Shown here piece after piece: positions 23,686 through 37,265 of a stretch of 64,000 nucleotides of DNA. Numbering within the stretch: position 1 is the first letter of the stretch; every line of letters begins with the position of its first letter. Source of the DNA: Azolla caroliniana. Its lineage: Eukaryota > Plantae > Polypodiophyta. The notes under the pieces were generated by a model. That model saw only the letters and a list, made by a program, of their open reading frames with translations. It ran no database searches and was not told the DNA's origin. The stretch covers positions 13,950,001-14,014,000 of the forward strand of contig JBHGNT010000010.1 in the NCBI GenBank assembly GCA_043228905.1. The letters run 5' to 3'. The translations under genes and the position numbers were made by a program.

Positions 23686-26502
23686 TTGGAAAATGGTTTC
23701 ATCCGGCATTCGAAATCTCCAGCCGGCGCGCCCATTTTCTTCGTCAAGAAAAAGGATGGATCGCTTCGTCTTGTTGTAGATTATCGTGACCTGAATAAGG
23801 TTACAATCAGGAATATGTATGCTCTTCCCCTTATCTCAAGTCTTTTAGAACGGATCAATGGTGCCAGGTTCTTCACGAAGATCGACTTACGGGGAGCATA
23901 TAACCTTGTACGGATCCGACCAGGAGACGAATGGAAGACCGCGTTTCGCACCAGATATGGGCACTTCGAGTATACGGTCATGCCGTTCGGCCTCACTAAT
24001 GCACCAACAGTCTTCCAGCACATGGCTAATGATATATTCCGAGATCTATTGGATGATTGTTTGATCATCTATTTGGATGATCTACTGGTTTATTCAAAGA
24101 CCCAAGAAGAACATGATTCTCATGTACTATTAGTACTAAAACGACTTCGAGAACATGGTCTGTATGCAAAGCTGGAAAAATGTAGTTTCGGGTGCAACCA
24201 AGTGGAATTTCTCGGCTACATCATTTCGTCAGAAGGCATCTCCATGGACCCAGCTAAGGTCAAAACGGTGGTAGAATGGCAGACTCCACGTTCGGTGCAG
24301 GATGTGCAATGCTTCCTAGGCTTTGCCAATTTTTACCGGAAGTTCATACAAGATTACTCAAAGATCGTTCTACCTCTCACACAACTTACCAGGAAGGGAC
24401 AACCGTTCATTTGGTCTGAAGAAATGGACGTGCCTTTCGAGAGTCTTAAAAAGGCATTTACATCGGCTCCAATTCTAGCTCATGTCGATCCGGAAAAACC
24501 ATTTATTATCGAAGCTGACGCATCGGATTTTGCATTGGGGAGCATTCTGTCACAACAGGGGAATGATGAGAAGCTACATCCTGTGGCTTTTCACTCCCGC
24601 AAGTTTGACGCCACCGAAATCAACTACGAAATTCATGATAAGGAGCTATTGGCAATAGTGGATTCTTTTATGCAATGGAGGCATTTTTTGGAGGGATCCT
24701 CTCATCCGGTCACCGTATTTAGTGACCACAAGAACCTTGCCTACTTTCAGGATGCTCGTGTGTTGAATCGACGTCAAGCTCGGTGGGCCCACTTCCTCAC
24801 GCGTTTCAACTTCAAAATTACATATCGTCCGGGGAAGCACCAAGGGAAGGCAGATGCATTATCACGACGTTCGTATCTAGCACCCCGTCCTGGCGAGCCA
24901 GCTTTCGATAACCAAAAACAAGTCATCTTGGGACCGGCACGACTAGAAGCAACAAAGATCTTTGACATGCCCATGGATTCCCGCGTTATCGATACCATAT
25001 GCGAAGACTTGAAGACAGATGCATTCGCCCAAGCTATACTAGCACAAATTGATCCCTCTCGAGCCTCGTGTTCACAATCGCAACCACCAGGTACGGACTA
25101 TCGGCAATTCAAATACCATGATGGATTACTCTTCTTTAAAGAACTTTTGTATCTTCCTAATGGTTTTTGCCGCCTTCAAGTAGTACAAAACTGTCATGAC
25201 ACATATACAACTGGGCATTTTGGTAGTACTAAAACACTACATTTAGTACAACGATCATTCTGGTGGCCCTGTATGCAACAATTTGTCGAGGATTTTGTTC
25301 GGATTTGTGATACATGCTGCAGAGCAAAAATGCCAAGGCATCATCCATATGGTTTATTAGAACCATTACCAATTCCAAGCAAGCTGTGGCAATCCATTGC
25401 TCTAGACTTCATCACAGATCTTCCAGTCTCTAAGGGGTTCAATGCGATTCTAACGGTGGTCGATCGATACACAAAGATGGCTCATTTCTTGCCATGTACT
25501 AAGGAGATCTCCAGTGAAGACACTGCCGAAATTGTCATGCGTGAAGTATGTCGGCATCATGGACTTCCCGATAGTATCATCAGCGACCGTGGACCCCAGT
25601 TCGTGTCAAAATTCTGGAAGCACCTTTTTAACATGCTCAAGGTCACTTGTAACCTCTCCTCCAGCTACCACCCACAAACCGACGGCCAAGCTGAACGAAC
25701 CAATCAAACGCTGGAGCAGTATCTGGGGTGCTTTCTCAGCTATCATCAGGATGACTGGGCAGATATTCTCCACTTCGCCGAATTTGCCTATAACAACTCT
25801 ATCCACGCAACCATGAAAGTTACGCCATTTTATGCTTATACAGGATGTCACCCCCGGTGGTGTGTACTTAAAACCCCAGAGGTGTCCACAAATCCTTGCG
25901 CAGAGGATCGTTTGGAGAGGTTACGCAAGATACAAGCGGATTTATCTACTCATCTCCAACAAGCTCAACAAACACACAAGGTTTATGCGGATCGTCATCG
26001 ACTCCCATCTAGTTTTAACATTGGAGATCGGGTATGGCTACTCCGACGACACATCAGCACTACTCGCCCATGCGAGAAGTTGGATTATCGACGATTAGGT
26101 CCTTTCCGTATTATCGGAAAGATTAATGATGTCTCTTTTTGTCTTGATCTACCTCCACAACTTCGGATACATCCGGTGTTTCATAGTTCTCTCCTCGAAC
26201 CCTATCAAGAAAGCACCATCCTAGGACGTATTACACAACCTCCACCCCCGATCGAGCTTGAAGATGGTCCTGAGTACGAAGTTGCCACCATCCTTGATTC
26301 CAAGCTTGTTCGCAACAAGCTCTACTATCTAGTCGACTGGCTAGGATATAGTCCCAGCGAGCGTACTTGGGAACCGATAGAGAATGTCACCAATGCTCGT
26401 GTTCTTCTTGAAGACTTCCATCGTCAATATCCAGCCAAACCGGGTCCTCAATCCAAAACGACTCGTTACACTAGTCGTTTTAAAGGGGGGATAGTGTCAT
26501 GA
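23686..26502 (+). CDS. Pol region of element C (RT-RNaseH-integrase-chromodomain), 938-aa open stretch
   Basis: YLDD, DASDFALG, HHCC zinc finger, DDE core, GPF motif and chromodomain YEV..IL..YYLVDWLGY..TWEP. In-frame stops upstream make the element defective. Confidence 0.9.
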   Translation: MENGFIRHSKSPAGAPIFFVKKKDGSLRLVVDYRDLNKVTIRNMYALPLISSLLERINGARFFTKIDLRGAYNLVRIRPGDEWKTAFRTRYGHFEYTVMPFGLTNAPTVFQHMANDIFRDLLDDCLIIYLDDLLVYSKTQEEHDSHVLLVLKRLREHGLYAKLEKCSFGCNQVEFLGYIISSEGISMDPAKVKTVVEWQTPRSVQDVQCFLGFANFYRKFIQDYSKIVLPLTQLTRKGQPFIWSEEMDVPFESLKKAFTSAPILAHVDPEKPFIIEADASDFALGSILSQQGNDEKLHPVAFHSRKFDATEINYEIHDKELLAIVDSFMQWRHFLEGSSHPVTVFSDHKNLAYFQDARVLNRRQARWAHFLTRFNFKITYRPGKHQGKADALSRRSYLAPRPGEPAFDNQKQVILGPARLEATKIFDMPMDSRVIDTICEDLKTDAFAQAILAQIDPSRASCSQSQPPGTDYRQFKYHDGLLFFKELLYLPNGFCRLQVVQNCHDTYTTGHFGSTKTLHLVQRSFWWPCMQQFVEDFVRICDTCCRAKMPRHHPYGLLEPLPIPSKLWQSIALDFITDLPVSKGFNAILTVVDRYTKMAHFLPCTKEISSEDTAEIVMREVCRHHGLPDSIISDRGPQFVSKFWKHLFNMLKVTCNLSSSYHPQTDGQAERTNQTLEQYLGCFLSYHQDDWADILHFAEFAYNNSIHATMKVTPFYAYTGCHPRWCVLKTPEVSTNPCAEDRLERLRKIQADLSTHLQQAQQTHKVYADRHRLPSSFNIGDRVWLLRRHISTTRPCEKLDYRRLGPFRIIGKINDVSFCLDLPPQLRIHPVFHSSLLEPYQESTILGRITQPPPPIELEDGPEYEVATILDSKLVRNKLYYLVDWLGYSPSERTWEPIENVTNARVLLEDFHRQYPAKPGPQSKTTRYTSRFKGGIVS

Positions 26503-29500
26503 TATGGCAAGACTCGAACCCATGACCTTATACTACATGGGTCGAGCTCTTGACCATTAGACTATACATTGTAATACATAGAATATTATTTTCATTTATG
26601 TTTTATTATAGAAAATTGATGTATATTCTAGATTTCTCTGGAACATTCTAGAAACTTCAGGAGTATTCCTTAGAACACTATAAAAGGAGGCACAAGGCAT
26701 TATTTCGAACCAAATCGGTTCAACGCCAGTCTAGTACAATCTAGTACGCATCAAACCGGGGGATGAATGGAAAACCGCATTTCGAACACGGTATGGGCAT
26801 TTCGAATACAAGGTAATGCCTTTTGGTCTTACTAATGCTCCCGTAGTTTTTCAACATATGATGAACGATATATTTCGGGAATATCTTTATCTTTTTGTTG
26901 TCATTTACCTCGATGATATTCTCATTTTCTCGCCAAACATGGAGGAGCACACTCGCCAAGTCCGATTAGTTCTTGCCAAACTTCGCGAGCATGGCCTTTA
27001 TGCCAAAGGCGAGAAATGCGAGTTCGACCGTACCTCGATCGAATTTCTGGGCTACATCATCTCGCCCACTGGCATCACCATGGATATGAAGAAGGTCTCT
27101 GTCATTTAGGCGTGGGCGACTCCAAGGCAACTTAAAGATGTGCAATCCTTCCTCGGCTTCGCGAATTTTTACCGTCGCTTCAATAAGGGGTTTTCCACCC
27201 TAGCACAACCTCTTATCACTCTCACCCATAAAGGCACTCCATTTTTATGGACCTCGGAGGCGCAAAATGCGTTCGACTCACTCAAACACGCATTCATCAC
27301 TGCCCCGGTGCTGCTACATGCCGACCCCACAAAACCCTTCCAAGTCGAAACCGATGCCTCTGACTTTGCCATTGGCACCATCTTATCCCAGGCAGATGAC
27401 AACAACCTAATGCACCCAGTGGCTTACTATTCCCGAAAATTTACGGCATCCGAAATCAATTATCCCATTTACGACAAGGAGCTTGCTGCTATCATTGTTG
27501 CCTTTGAAGAATGGCGACCCTACTTGGCCGGCGCACAACATCGTGTCCAAGTAGTCGTTGATCATAAAAATTTAGTTTATTTTTCCACCACTCGTACTTT
27601 GAATCAAAGGCAGGCCCGTTGGTCGACATTTCTCGCCGATTACGATTTTGAGATCGTATTTCGACCTAGTGGCCAACATGGGAAGGTTGATGCCCTTTCT
27701 CGCCGAGCTGACCTTGCACTCTGCCCTGGGGATGCTGCTTATGCTCAACAATCTAGACGTTTGTTGAAACCCGACCAATTGCATCTTTTTGCCACTTGTA
27801 TGTTGCAGGATGATTCTTTACTCCAACAAATCACTGATGCATCCAAGACCGATGTGTTCGCCAACGAGATTCGAGATAGTCTACAAAACCCCTCCAAGGT
27901 GACCAAAAGGAAGGATCTTGACACCTTCACCATACAAGAGGGTTTGTTGTTAAGAGATCATCTCTTATACGTCCAAGAGGGCCCATGTTGCACCCGGGTG
28001 TTGCGGGAATGCCACGATGACCCACTTGCAGGTCATTTCGGGGTCGCGAAAACCCTCGAGCTAATCTCTCGGGGGTATTGGTGGCCACAACCATGGAAGT
28101 TGATCAAAGAATACATAAAGAGTTGTGAGGTTTGTGCTCGCTCCAAAACCATTCATCATCGGCCATACGGCTTACTACATCCGCTTCCATGTCCTCGTCG
28201 TCCTTGGGCCTCTATCTCTATGGACCTGATAACTGATCTACCCTTGGTCAATAACTATGACTCGGTGTTGGTCGTTGTCGATCAGTTTACGAAGATGGCT
28301 CACTTCACTCCATGCTCCAAAACCATTTCCGAAGAAGGAATGGTGCATCTACTACTCAACAATGTGGTATGCTTGCATGGACTACCCGATGATGTCATCT
28401 CGGATCGCGGACCCCAGTTTGTCTCTCACTTTTGGCAGCGCCTGCTACAAACTTTAGGTATCTTTGTCAAGTTGTCCTCTGCTTATCACCCCCAAATTGA
28501 CAGGCAAACGGAGCGTGTCAACCAAATCCTTGAGCAGTATCTTCGATGCTCGGTTAGTTACCAACAAGGTGATTGGGTCAACTTACTTTCGCTCGTGGAA
28601 TTCGCCTATAATAATTCTCTCCATGCATCGACTAGCGTCACTCCCTTCTTTGCCAACTATGGTTTACATCCTCGCTTCAACATTTCCCTTCCTACCACTT
28701 CCGTGAACCCTTCGGCGGAGGATCATGCCCGCATTTTGGAAGAACTACATCATGATTTATCCTTCGAGCTTAGTCTTGCTAGTGAACGATACAAGAAGCA
28801 GGCTGATCGCCATTGATCTTCCACTCCACACTTTGTCATTGGAGACATGGTCTGGTTGTTACGTTGACACATCTCTACTACTCCTCCATGTGCGAAACTT
28901 GATTACAAGAAGTTGGGACCATTCCGTATCATCGAGTGCATCAATCCCGTCGCCTTCCGGCTCGCCCTTCGATCCCACTTCCGGATTCACGATGTTTTTC
29001 ATGTCTCCCTCCTCGAACCCCATTATGTTTCACAACTCCCAGGACGTCAGGCCCCACCACCACCACTTGTGCAATTGACGACAGGTGAGGAATACGAGGT
29101 CGACCAAATCCTTGACTCGCATTGGCACCATCGACACTTGCAATACCTCGTCCTATGGAGGGGTTACCCCATGTCTGAGGCCACGTGGGAACCATCGGCA
29201 AATTTACAAAATGCCCCAGAGGTCGTCCAAGATTTTCATCACCGATATCCCCACAAACCAGCGGCCGATATGGGAAGGCGACGTAGGAGGGGGGATAATG
29301 TCAAGATTCGAACTCTTGACACGACCATGTTATAATCTAGTATTATGAGTTAACCAAGATATCTAGTACATAGTTATGTATGTAATTAATCCTTATTATT
29401 TTGCTAGCATCATGTGCATAATTGCTGCCTTGTAGTATTTACACTTGGCACATGCATACATACCTACATGCTCTATTGTAGATTCACATGCGTGCAACAA

Positions 29501-30612
29501 TTATGCATGCCATGTAGTATAAATAGAGGAGTTCACCTTGAAGGAATTCAAGGTGAACAACACCAGTTATGGAGTCTTTCCTTTAATACTATCTTCTTTC
29601 TTGTCCATTTGGTTATCTTCTTGCTTGTCTCTTGACCTTATGATCCGTGACAGGCCTTAAGTTGATGGTAGTCGAGGTTGACTAGGGAGTCGGTTCCGAC
29701 TTCTGTTGCTTCCAGTCTTCAATTGTCTTGTCTTCTAGAAAAACTACATCCCGACTTCTCACTACCTTCTTGTCGACTAGGTCCCATAGCCTGTAGCCGA
29801 ACTCATCTTCTGAGTATCCCATGAATATGCATGCTTTCGACTTGCTGTCGAGCTTTGATCTCTGATCCTTTGGTACATGCATATACGCTAAACATCCAAA
29901 CACCCTCAGGTGTTGGTAGGAGACATCCTTCCCTGTCCACATCCTTTGTGGGACATCACCCTTTAATGGCACTGAGGGAGACCTGTTGATCAGATAAACA
30001 GTTGTGTAGAACGCCTCAACCCAATAGGATTTTGGCAATTTCGCATGAGCGAGCATGCTCCTTACTCTCTCCATGATCGTTCGATTCATCCTCTCTACAA
30101 GCTCGTTCAACTCTGGGGTCTTTGGTACTGTGTATTTGATTCGAATACCTTGGCATTTGCAGTATTCTTCGAACTGCCCTTTGTATTCGCCACTGTTGTT
30201 GGTTCGGACAACCTTCAGTTTTTGACCCGACTCTCTTTCAGTTCTTGCCTGGAATTCCTTGAAAACCGACAGTACTTGATCCTTTGACTTCAGTACGAAG
30301 GCCCATGTTTTCCGATTGTAGTTGTCAATAAACGTTACAAAGTACTGTCCTCCTCGATGCGATGGAGGATCCACATAGCACACATCCATGTGCACTAGTT
30401 CCAGTGCAGCTTCTCTTCTCCTCGGTGGTCTCGTGTGGAATGTCGTCCTGTTCTACTTTTCGGCTAAGCAGTCGACACACTTCTCCAGGTGAACTCCCTT
30501 GATTTCTGGTAGAAGTTTCTGGTCGGCTAACAGGTGCATTCCCTTCTCACTCATGTGGCCTAGCCTCTTATGCCATATCTCCCCAGCCGAGTCGGCTGCC
30601 ATGTTTACTTAC

Positions 30613-31513
30613 GATTTGCACAGTCGGGCATGCATCATGTACAATGTGCCTCTTTCTGTGCTCGTGCCATTGTGAGGTTTCCTTAGCAGAACTTCCACTT
30701 GCCATTCCGAAAACTACCATTGTAGCCTTCGTCGTCAAGCCTTCTAGTCGATATCAGATTCAATCTGATATTGGGGACGTGTCGAACATCCTTCAACGTT
30801 AGTCGACACCCTGTCGACATCGTTAAGCACACACTTCCGACTCTGGTTATCTTGCACTCTCCACTATCACCCATCTTTACATAGCCATGATCCCTAGCTA
30901 TGTAAGTTGAGAAATACTCTCTCGACGGAGTAATATGGAAGGATGCGCCGGAGTCGATCACCCAAGTTTACTCTTCGCTTGGAAGGTTTGCACTTGTCTG
31001 TTCACAGATGAACAGGAGTTCCTCATTGCTCGTCGCAATGGCCGAAGTGTTCTTTTCATTCGGAGATTTGCACAATCGGGCATGCATCATGTACAATGTG
31101 CCTCTTTCTGTGCTCGTGCCACTGTGAGGTTTCCTTGGCAAAACTTCCACTTGCCATTCTGAAAACTACCATTGTAGCCTTCATCGTCAAGCCTTCTAGT
31201 CGATATCAGATTCAATCTGATATTGGGGACGTGTCGAACATCCTTCAATGTTAGTCGGCACCCTGTCGACATCGTTAAGCACACACTTCCGACTCTGGTT
31301 ATCTTGCACTCTCCACTATCACCCATCTTTACATAGCCATGATCCCTAGCTATGTAAGTTGAGAAATACTCTCTCGACGGAGTAATATGGAAGGATGCGC
31401 CGGAGTCGATCACCCAAGTTTACTCTTCGCTTGGAAGGTTTGCACTTGTCTGTTCACAGATGAACAGGAGTTCCTCATTGCTCGTCGCAATGGCCGAAGT
31501 GTTCTTTTCATTC
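30613..31513. repeat. 452-bp tandem duplication of the protease region of Copia A
   Basis: 30613-31061 repeats at 31065-31513, giving the duplicated ORF MIDSGASFHITPSREY... Confidence 0.95.
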
Positions 31514-32896
31514 AGAATTTTCCGGGGTTCGACATTATTTCCAACACTCTTGTATTTTCTCATGTTTTGGCAGTCCTTCTGGAAGTGTCCAGTTTTTCCA
31601 CAATAAAAGCACACAGGCTTACCTCTAGACTTCGATCTAGCGTGGGATTTGTCCATTCGCTGTGGACTTCTTCTTTGTCGATCCCTTCCTCTGTCCATAT
31701 GGTGAGTCAGATTCGACTCCATTTGGGGCAGGACTCCTTTGTCTTTCCTCCTTGCCTCCTCATTTAGGATGCTTGTCTTCACCGTCTGTAAAGACAAGTT
31801 CTCTTCTTGATAGGAGGTGCTGAGAGTAACCACCAGGTTCTCCCGGCTTTCCGGCAGTGTGCACATTAGTAGAATGGCCTGCATTACATCATCCAAGGGA
31901 AACTTGGTCGCATCAAGTTGATTTACATACCCCATAAACGTGCTGATGTGTTCGACGATACTCTCACCGTCCCTGTATTTCAGCCGTACGATTTTTCTCA
32001 TCAGCGAGCTTCTATTGAGCGCGTTCTTCCTCTCATAAAGACCCGATAGCTTCTGCCACATGTCATAAGCATTTGTGTTGTTCGCAACATGCTGAAGGAC
32101 ACTTACATCAACGCATTGTCGGATAGTGTCCACGACCTTTCTGTTTAGGAGCTTCCTGTCCGACTCCAATACCCCCTTGGGTATTTCTGCTCGGTCGACT
32201 GCCTCGTACAAGTCTTTTACTGTGAGAAGGTCTTCCATCTTTATCTTCTAGTCTGCATAGTTCTGAGAGTTTAGAACTATCATACCTGGGAATCTGCTCA
32301 CACCTCCTTCCATGCTTGCACCTCAAGCTCTGATACCAGTTTGTTGAGAAATCGTTGCGGAATTAATCACAATAATCAGACGAAGCTGAAATACGAATCA
32401 CACCAAGATGCGAGAAAGACAAGATAGACGAATATACACAGAGATTTACGTGGAAACCCTAAAGCGGGGAAAACCATGGGTGAACAGATTCTTCACTATA
32501 ACTAGTGGATATACAATACAGAGATGATTACAACACTCTCTCATGAGTGCATTAGCCGCACAGGGCTCTTCGCATTTGCTATTACACACATAGCTATGGC
32601 GCGGCTCACACTTCTCTCTCACACGCTCACTCTTGTTCTACACACACAGTAGCTTCTGTTCATCACTCACTATCTAAGAGTTTTCCCTAGTTGCATATAT
32701 ACTCCCGCAACTTTCTAGTTATTTACATACGTAGCCCTCGTGGGGCGCACACTTAGACTATTTACAAAATATAGTCTCCCGAATTGGTTATTTATACGAT
32801 TATGGTTTCGGCTGAGGCCTATCAGCCTCGGTCGAGTCCCTCATCAACTCGGCTCCTCTCTCTCTCTCCCCATCCGAAGAGACCTATTTCCTAACA

Positions 32897-33028
32897 TCAT
32901 CATTATTATTACCATAATAATAATAATAGTCGAATTCACAAACAATTGACTCACTGTTTTCGACTCTTCGACAGTCGGCTTTCCGAACAGTCACATCATC
33001 CTCCCATTGGAGGGACATATTCCCAACA
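32897..33028 (-). mobile_element. 5'-terminal remnant of another Copia LTR (F), host of A and itself inserted in the gag of E
   Basis: The minus strand begins TGTTGGGAATATGTCCCTCCAATGGGAGG, similar to the LTR starts of A, D, G and H. The gag of E resumes at 33029. Confidence 0.7.
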
Positions 33029-36000
33029 AGCTCTAGTATGGCAAAGCATCTAAACATGTTTCAATAACTAATAAGTCAAACCATCTCTCTAGATATACCT
33101 CTAGCAAATGAGGTGTTGACCTTGTTATTGATAGGCTCTCTCCCAGATAGTTGGGAGACCCTTGTGGTGACGCTTGGGACTGCAACACAACAAAAGGAGC
33201 TAACATTGGACATGCTTAAGTCGAGTCTTTTACATGAAGAAGCACGACGAAAGGAGCTTGAGTCCAACTTTGACCATAAAGCCTTAGTCATAGAAAACAA
33301 CTCCTCAAGAGGAAGAAGCCATGCTAGGGTTCCACAAAATCACAGAAATAATTCTAATGGGAGGTCTAAATCTAGAAGTAGAAAAGACTTCAAGAAAGAT
33401 TTTTCATGCCGTTATTGTGGTGGTCCAAACCATTATGAGAGAGACTGTTGAAAGAAAAAGAAAGGAACCAGCAACAATAAGAGCAATGACCCCACTACAA
33501 CCACTTGTGACGGTGACCTTGTCATTGCCTGTGATGATGCGTATGTTAGCTTAACATGCCAATAGTCTGATTGGATTGTTGACTCAGGAGCCTCGTATCA
33601 CATTACTCCATATCGGGAGATGTTCTCGTCATATGCCGGTGGTGACTTTGGCAAAGTCAAAATGGCTAACCACGACATAACAGAGGTTGTTGGCATAGGT
33701 AATATAGTTCTAACCATGGACACCGGTTGCAAACTAGTATTAAACAATGTTAGGCATGTGCCGGACATTCGGTTGAATATTATTTCGGCTGGTAAGCTTG
33801 ATGATGAGGGTTACACAAATTCCTTTGGTGAAGGAAAATAGAAGCTCATCAAAGGCTCGTTAGTATTAACAAGATGCCTAAAATAGAATTCTCTCTATGT
33901 AATGTGTGCTATGGTGTCTAGTGGAGAGGTGAAGGTAGCCAATAAGGAAGTCCCTGTTGAATTGTGGCACAAGAGACTTGGGCACATGAGTCAAAAAAGA
34001 CTCAAGGCTCTAGCTAGAAAGAACATCCTACCTGAGATAAGAGGTATGCACTTGGAGACTTGTTTTGATTGTTTGGGCGGCAGACAACACAGAGTTGCTT
34101 TTCAGCATTTGCCCCCAAAAAGAAAATCTCAGCCACTAGAATTAGTGCACATTGACTTGTGCTATATGAAAGATAAGACTCTAGAGGGGGCATTGTACTT
34201 TGCCACATTCATTGATGACTTCTCAAGGAAATTGTGGTGCTTTGCATTGAGGACTAAAGATCAAGTCTTTGAGATCTTTAAAAACTTCCATGTAAGTGTG
34301 GATAGGGCCGGGAGAAAACTTAAATGCATCCGTGGGATATTTTTAGCATATGGCTATGAGGAATTCGGCTATAGACTATGAACCAGTAGAGAAGAAGGTC
34401 ATTAGAAGCAGGGATGCGGTATTCCTTGAGGATCAGACCTTGCATGATCTGGATCCGAAGGAGATGCCAAAGATCACCCCTGATCCTACGATCACCAACA
34501 ATCCAACTCCTACCCACGACATACAAGGTCAAGGGTGAGACATAGAGGATTATCAGGATACGGTTGATGATGTAGTTATTGATGCTCCTGATGAGGAAAA
34601 TGAACAAGAGCGTGATCATCAAACCCTAGGTGACCAGACTAATGATGTTTCGGAAGTGGAAGGGGTGAGAAGGTCTATAAGACAAAGACGCCCTTCAACC
34701 AGATATAGTCCACATGAGCATGTATTGCTTACAGACGGAGGAGAGCCATAGAGATTTCGAGAAGCTATGGTACATGATCATAAGGAGAAATGGCTTGAGG
34801 CCATGAATGATGAGATGAGGTGTTTGTAAGACAATCATACCTATGATCTAGTAAAGTTCCCTAAGGGAAAGAGAGCGTTGAAAAACAAATGGGTTTTCGG
34901 GCTCAAAGCCGAGGAACATTGCTCACAACCAAGATACAAGGAAAGATTGGTTGTGAAGGGGTTTAGTCAGAAAAAGGGCATTGATTTCGAGGATATTTTC
35001 TCACCAGTAGTAAAGATGTCCTCTATTAAAGTTGTGCTCGGGATTGCAGCTAGTCTCAATCTAGAAATCGAACAACTCGATGTAAACATTGCCTTCTTTC
35101 ACGGTGAGTTGGAAGAGGAAATCTACATGGAGCAACCTAAGGGATTTGGAGTCAAAGGAAAGGAAAACCTGGTATGCAGGTTAAAGAAGAGCTTGTATGG
35201 CCTAAAACAAGCTCCCAGACTCTGGTATAAAAAGTTTGACTCCTTCATGCTGAGTGTTGGGAAATCGGTCCCTCCGAATGGGATCCGGTTATGAATGGAG
35301 ATGGACCCAGTGAGAATCGGAAGAGATCCGGAAACCGGATTGGATGGACCTGGTGAGAACCGGAAGAGAAGACATATTTGTAAATATGTTGTGAGTAAGC
35401 CTATTGAGGCTATATTTGGAAATAGCCCTAAGTTCATATAAGTATAAATATGACTTAGGGCAAACACTTTAGTGTGGTTGTTATTGTTGTATGTATAACT
35501 GTTGTATAGAGAGAGAGGAAGAGTGTGTGTGAGAGAGAAACAGAGCGATACTTTGTTGTAACCACTGGCTGGCGAAGATATAGAGCTCGAGGTCATTGCC
35601 TTTGAGTCTCTATTTGTACCTTTTCCTATATAGTGATAGTTTGGAGTCTGTGGGCTCCCATGGTTTTTCCCTATTAGGGTTTTCCACGTAAACATCCTGT
35701 GTACTTTCTATTGTCTGTGTGGGTACGTGCGTTCTCTCCCCATTTCCCGTTTCTGTGTTTGATTTTCATTGAAGTGATTCATTACTCGGTTGTGGCCGAG
35801 CTATATTCCGCGCTTTTCTCTACACTGAGCCATGGGTATAACAGGACAAACATAGATCACTGTGTGTTTTTTAAGTTCTCAGATAATGCCTTTTTTATTC
35901 TACGTCTATGTGTAGATGATATGTTGATTGTTGGTTCAGACACCAACAAGATTGAAAAGTTGAAAAGAGAGTTGAGTCAACCTTTTGCTATGAAAGACTT

Positions 36001-37220
36001 TGGACCAACCAAGAAAATCCTTGGGATGAAGATAACTAGGGATAGAGTGAGCAAAAGGTTGTGGTTATCTCAAGAACAATATATTAAGAAAGTTCTTGAG
36101 AGATTTAACATGGCCAAGTGTAAGCCGGTTAACACTCCACTCGTGGGCCACTTTAAACTCAGTTCAGCTCAATGCTCCACGAGTGAGGAAGAGCAAGAGA
36201 GAATCAAACAAATACCATATGCATCTGTAGTCGGCAGTTTAATGTATGCCATGGTATGCAGTCGGTGTAGTGAGCCGTTTTCTCTCGAACCCTAGCAAAG
36301 ATCATTAGGAAGCAGTGAAATGGATTCTGAGATATCTGAGAGGTACCGCAAGATTCTGTCTAAAATTTTGTGAAAGCCAAACTGTATTAGATGGGTATAT
36401 AGATGTAGATATGGTTGGTGATATGGACTCCGAAAAATCTATAGTAGGGTACCTAATGATCTTTGTAGGGGGAGCGGTCTCTTGGCAGTTGAGATTGCAA
36501 AAATGTGTGGCATTATCCACAATGGAGGCTGAATATATTTCTGCCACAGAAGACAGTAAGGAATTGCTATGGCTGAAGAAATTCCTACAAGAGTTGGGGC
36601 TGATTCAAGAAAGATACATCCTGTATTGTGACAACCAAAGTGTTATACATTTAAGCAAGAATTCTTCCTTTCATTCTAAGTCAAAACACATAGATGTTAG
36701 GTACCATTGGATTAGAGATGTGCTTGAAGAAAAGTGGATGCACATTGAAAAGATTCACACAAATGTGAATGTCTCCGACACGATGACAAAATGTTTGTCA
36801 AGGGAGAAGCTTGAAGTTTGCAAACAAAAGGCAAACCTATTTGCTCCCCCCACTTGAGATGGAGGGGGAGAATTGTTAGGTCTATCCACTCAAGTGGAGC
36901 CCACGACATGGAGTCGGTTTACAGTTGACTGTTGACTTAGTGCTGAAGAAGCTCAGCCTCGGCTAAAAAGTAAAATCATTATAATTATTTTTAACTATAT
37001 ATATATATATATATATATACGTTACGTATGTTTTTTTTCGTATGCTGTTTTTGGGTGTGTGTGAGTGTGTACAGGGACAAAGAGAGATGTTACTCTACAA
37101 GGCTCATAAAAGGTTGCAACAACAACAAGACAAAGGGTTGAGAGATAGAGAGGAAGAACAGAGCACGACACAGAGAAAACAACATATGAAAAACAGAAAT
37201 AAGGCTGAAAAATAGAGATC

Positions 37221-37265
<45 letters not shown>

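Larger units (their letters stand above)
15786..26732 (+). mobile_element. Chromovirus element C nested in the protease of B; 5' LTR 15786-16217, 3' LTR 26495-26732 (truncated)
   Basis: The LTR copies are near-identical over 238 bp. Gag lies at ~16320-17442 and PR is PLDSGAN. The PPT AAAGGGGGGATAG precedes the 3' LTR. Confidence 0.95.
14002..29652 (+). mobile_element. Chromovirus (Tcn1/Tf1-sushi-like Ty3/Gypsy) element B; LTRs 14002-14355 and 29299-29652
   Basis: Two 354-bp LTRs (about 8 differences) with TSD GGCCT at 13997-14001 and 29653-29657. Gag 14406-15422 (PEKFDG, CMYCGASGH..C), PR LLDSGAS, RT-RNaseH-IN 26735-29040, chromodomain EYEVDQIL..YLVLWRGY..ATWEP, PPT AGGAGGGGGGATAA. Confidence 0.95.
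13287..32896 (-). mobile_element. Ty1/Copia element A (5' LTR 32342-32896, PBS 32327-32338, gag-PR-IN 32313-29658, RT start 14001-13287), split by element B and 3'-deleted
   Basis: Met PBS, Zn knuckle CFYCGKTGHFQKDC, PR IDSGAS, IN TPELN..ERMNRT, RT KARIVVKGFQQ..QLDVKTAFLHG. The two halves are joined by the TSD GGCCT of element B. Confidence 0.9.
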
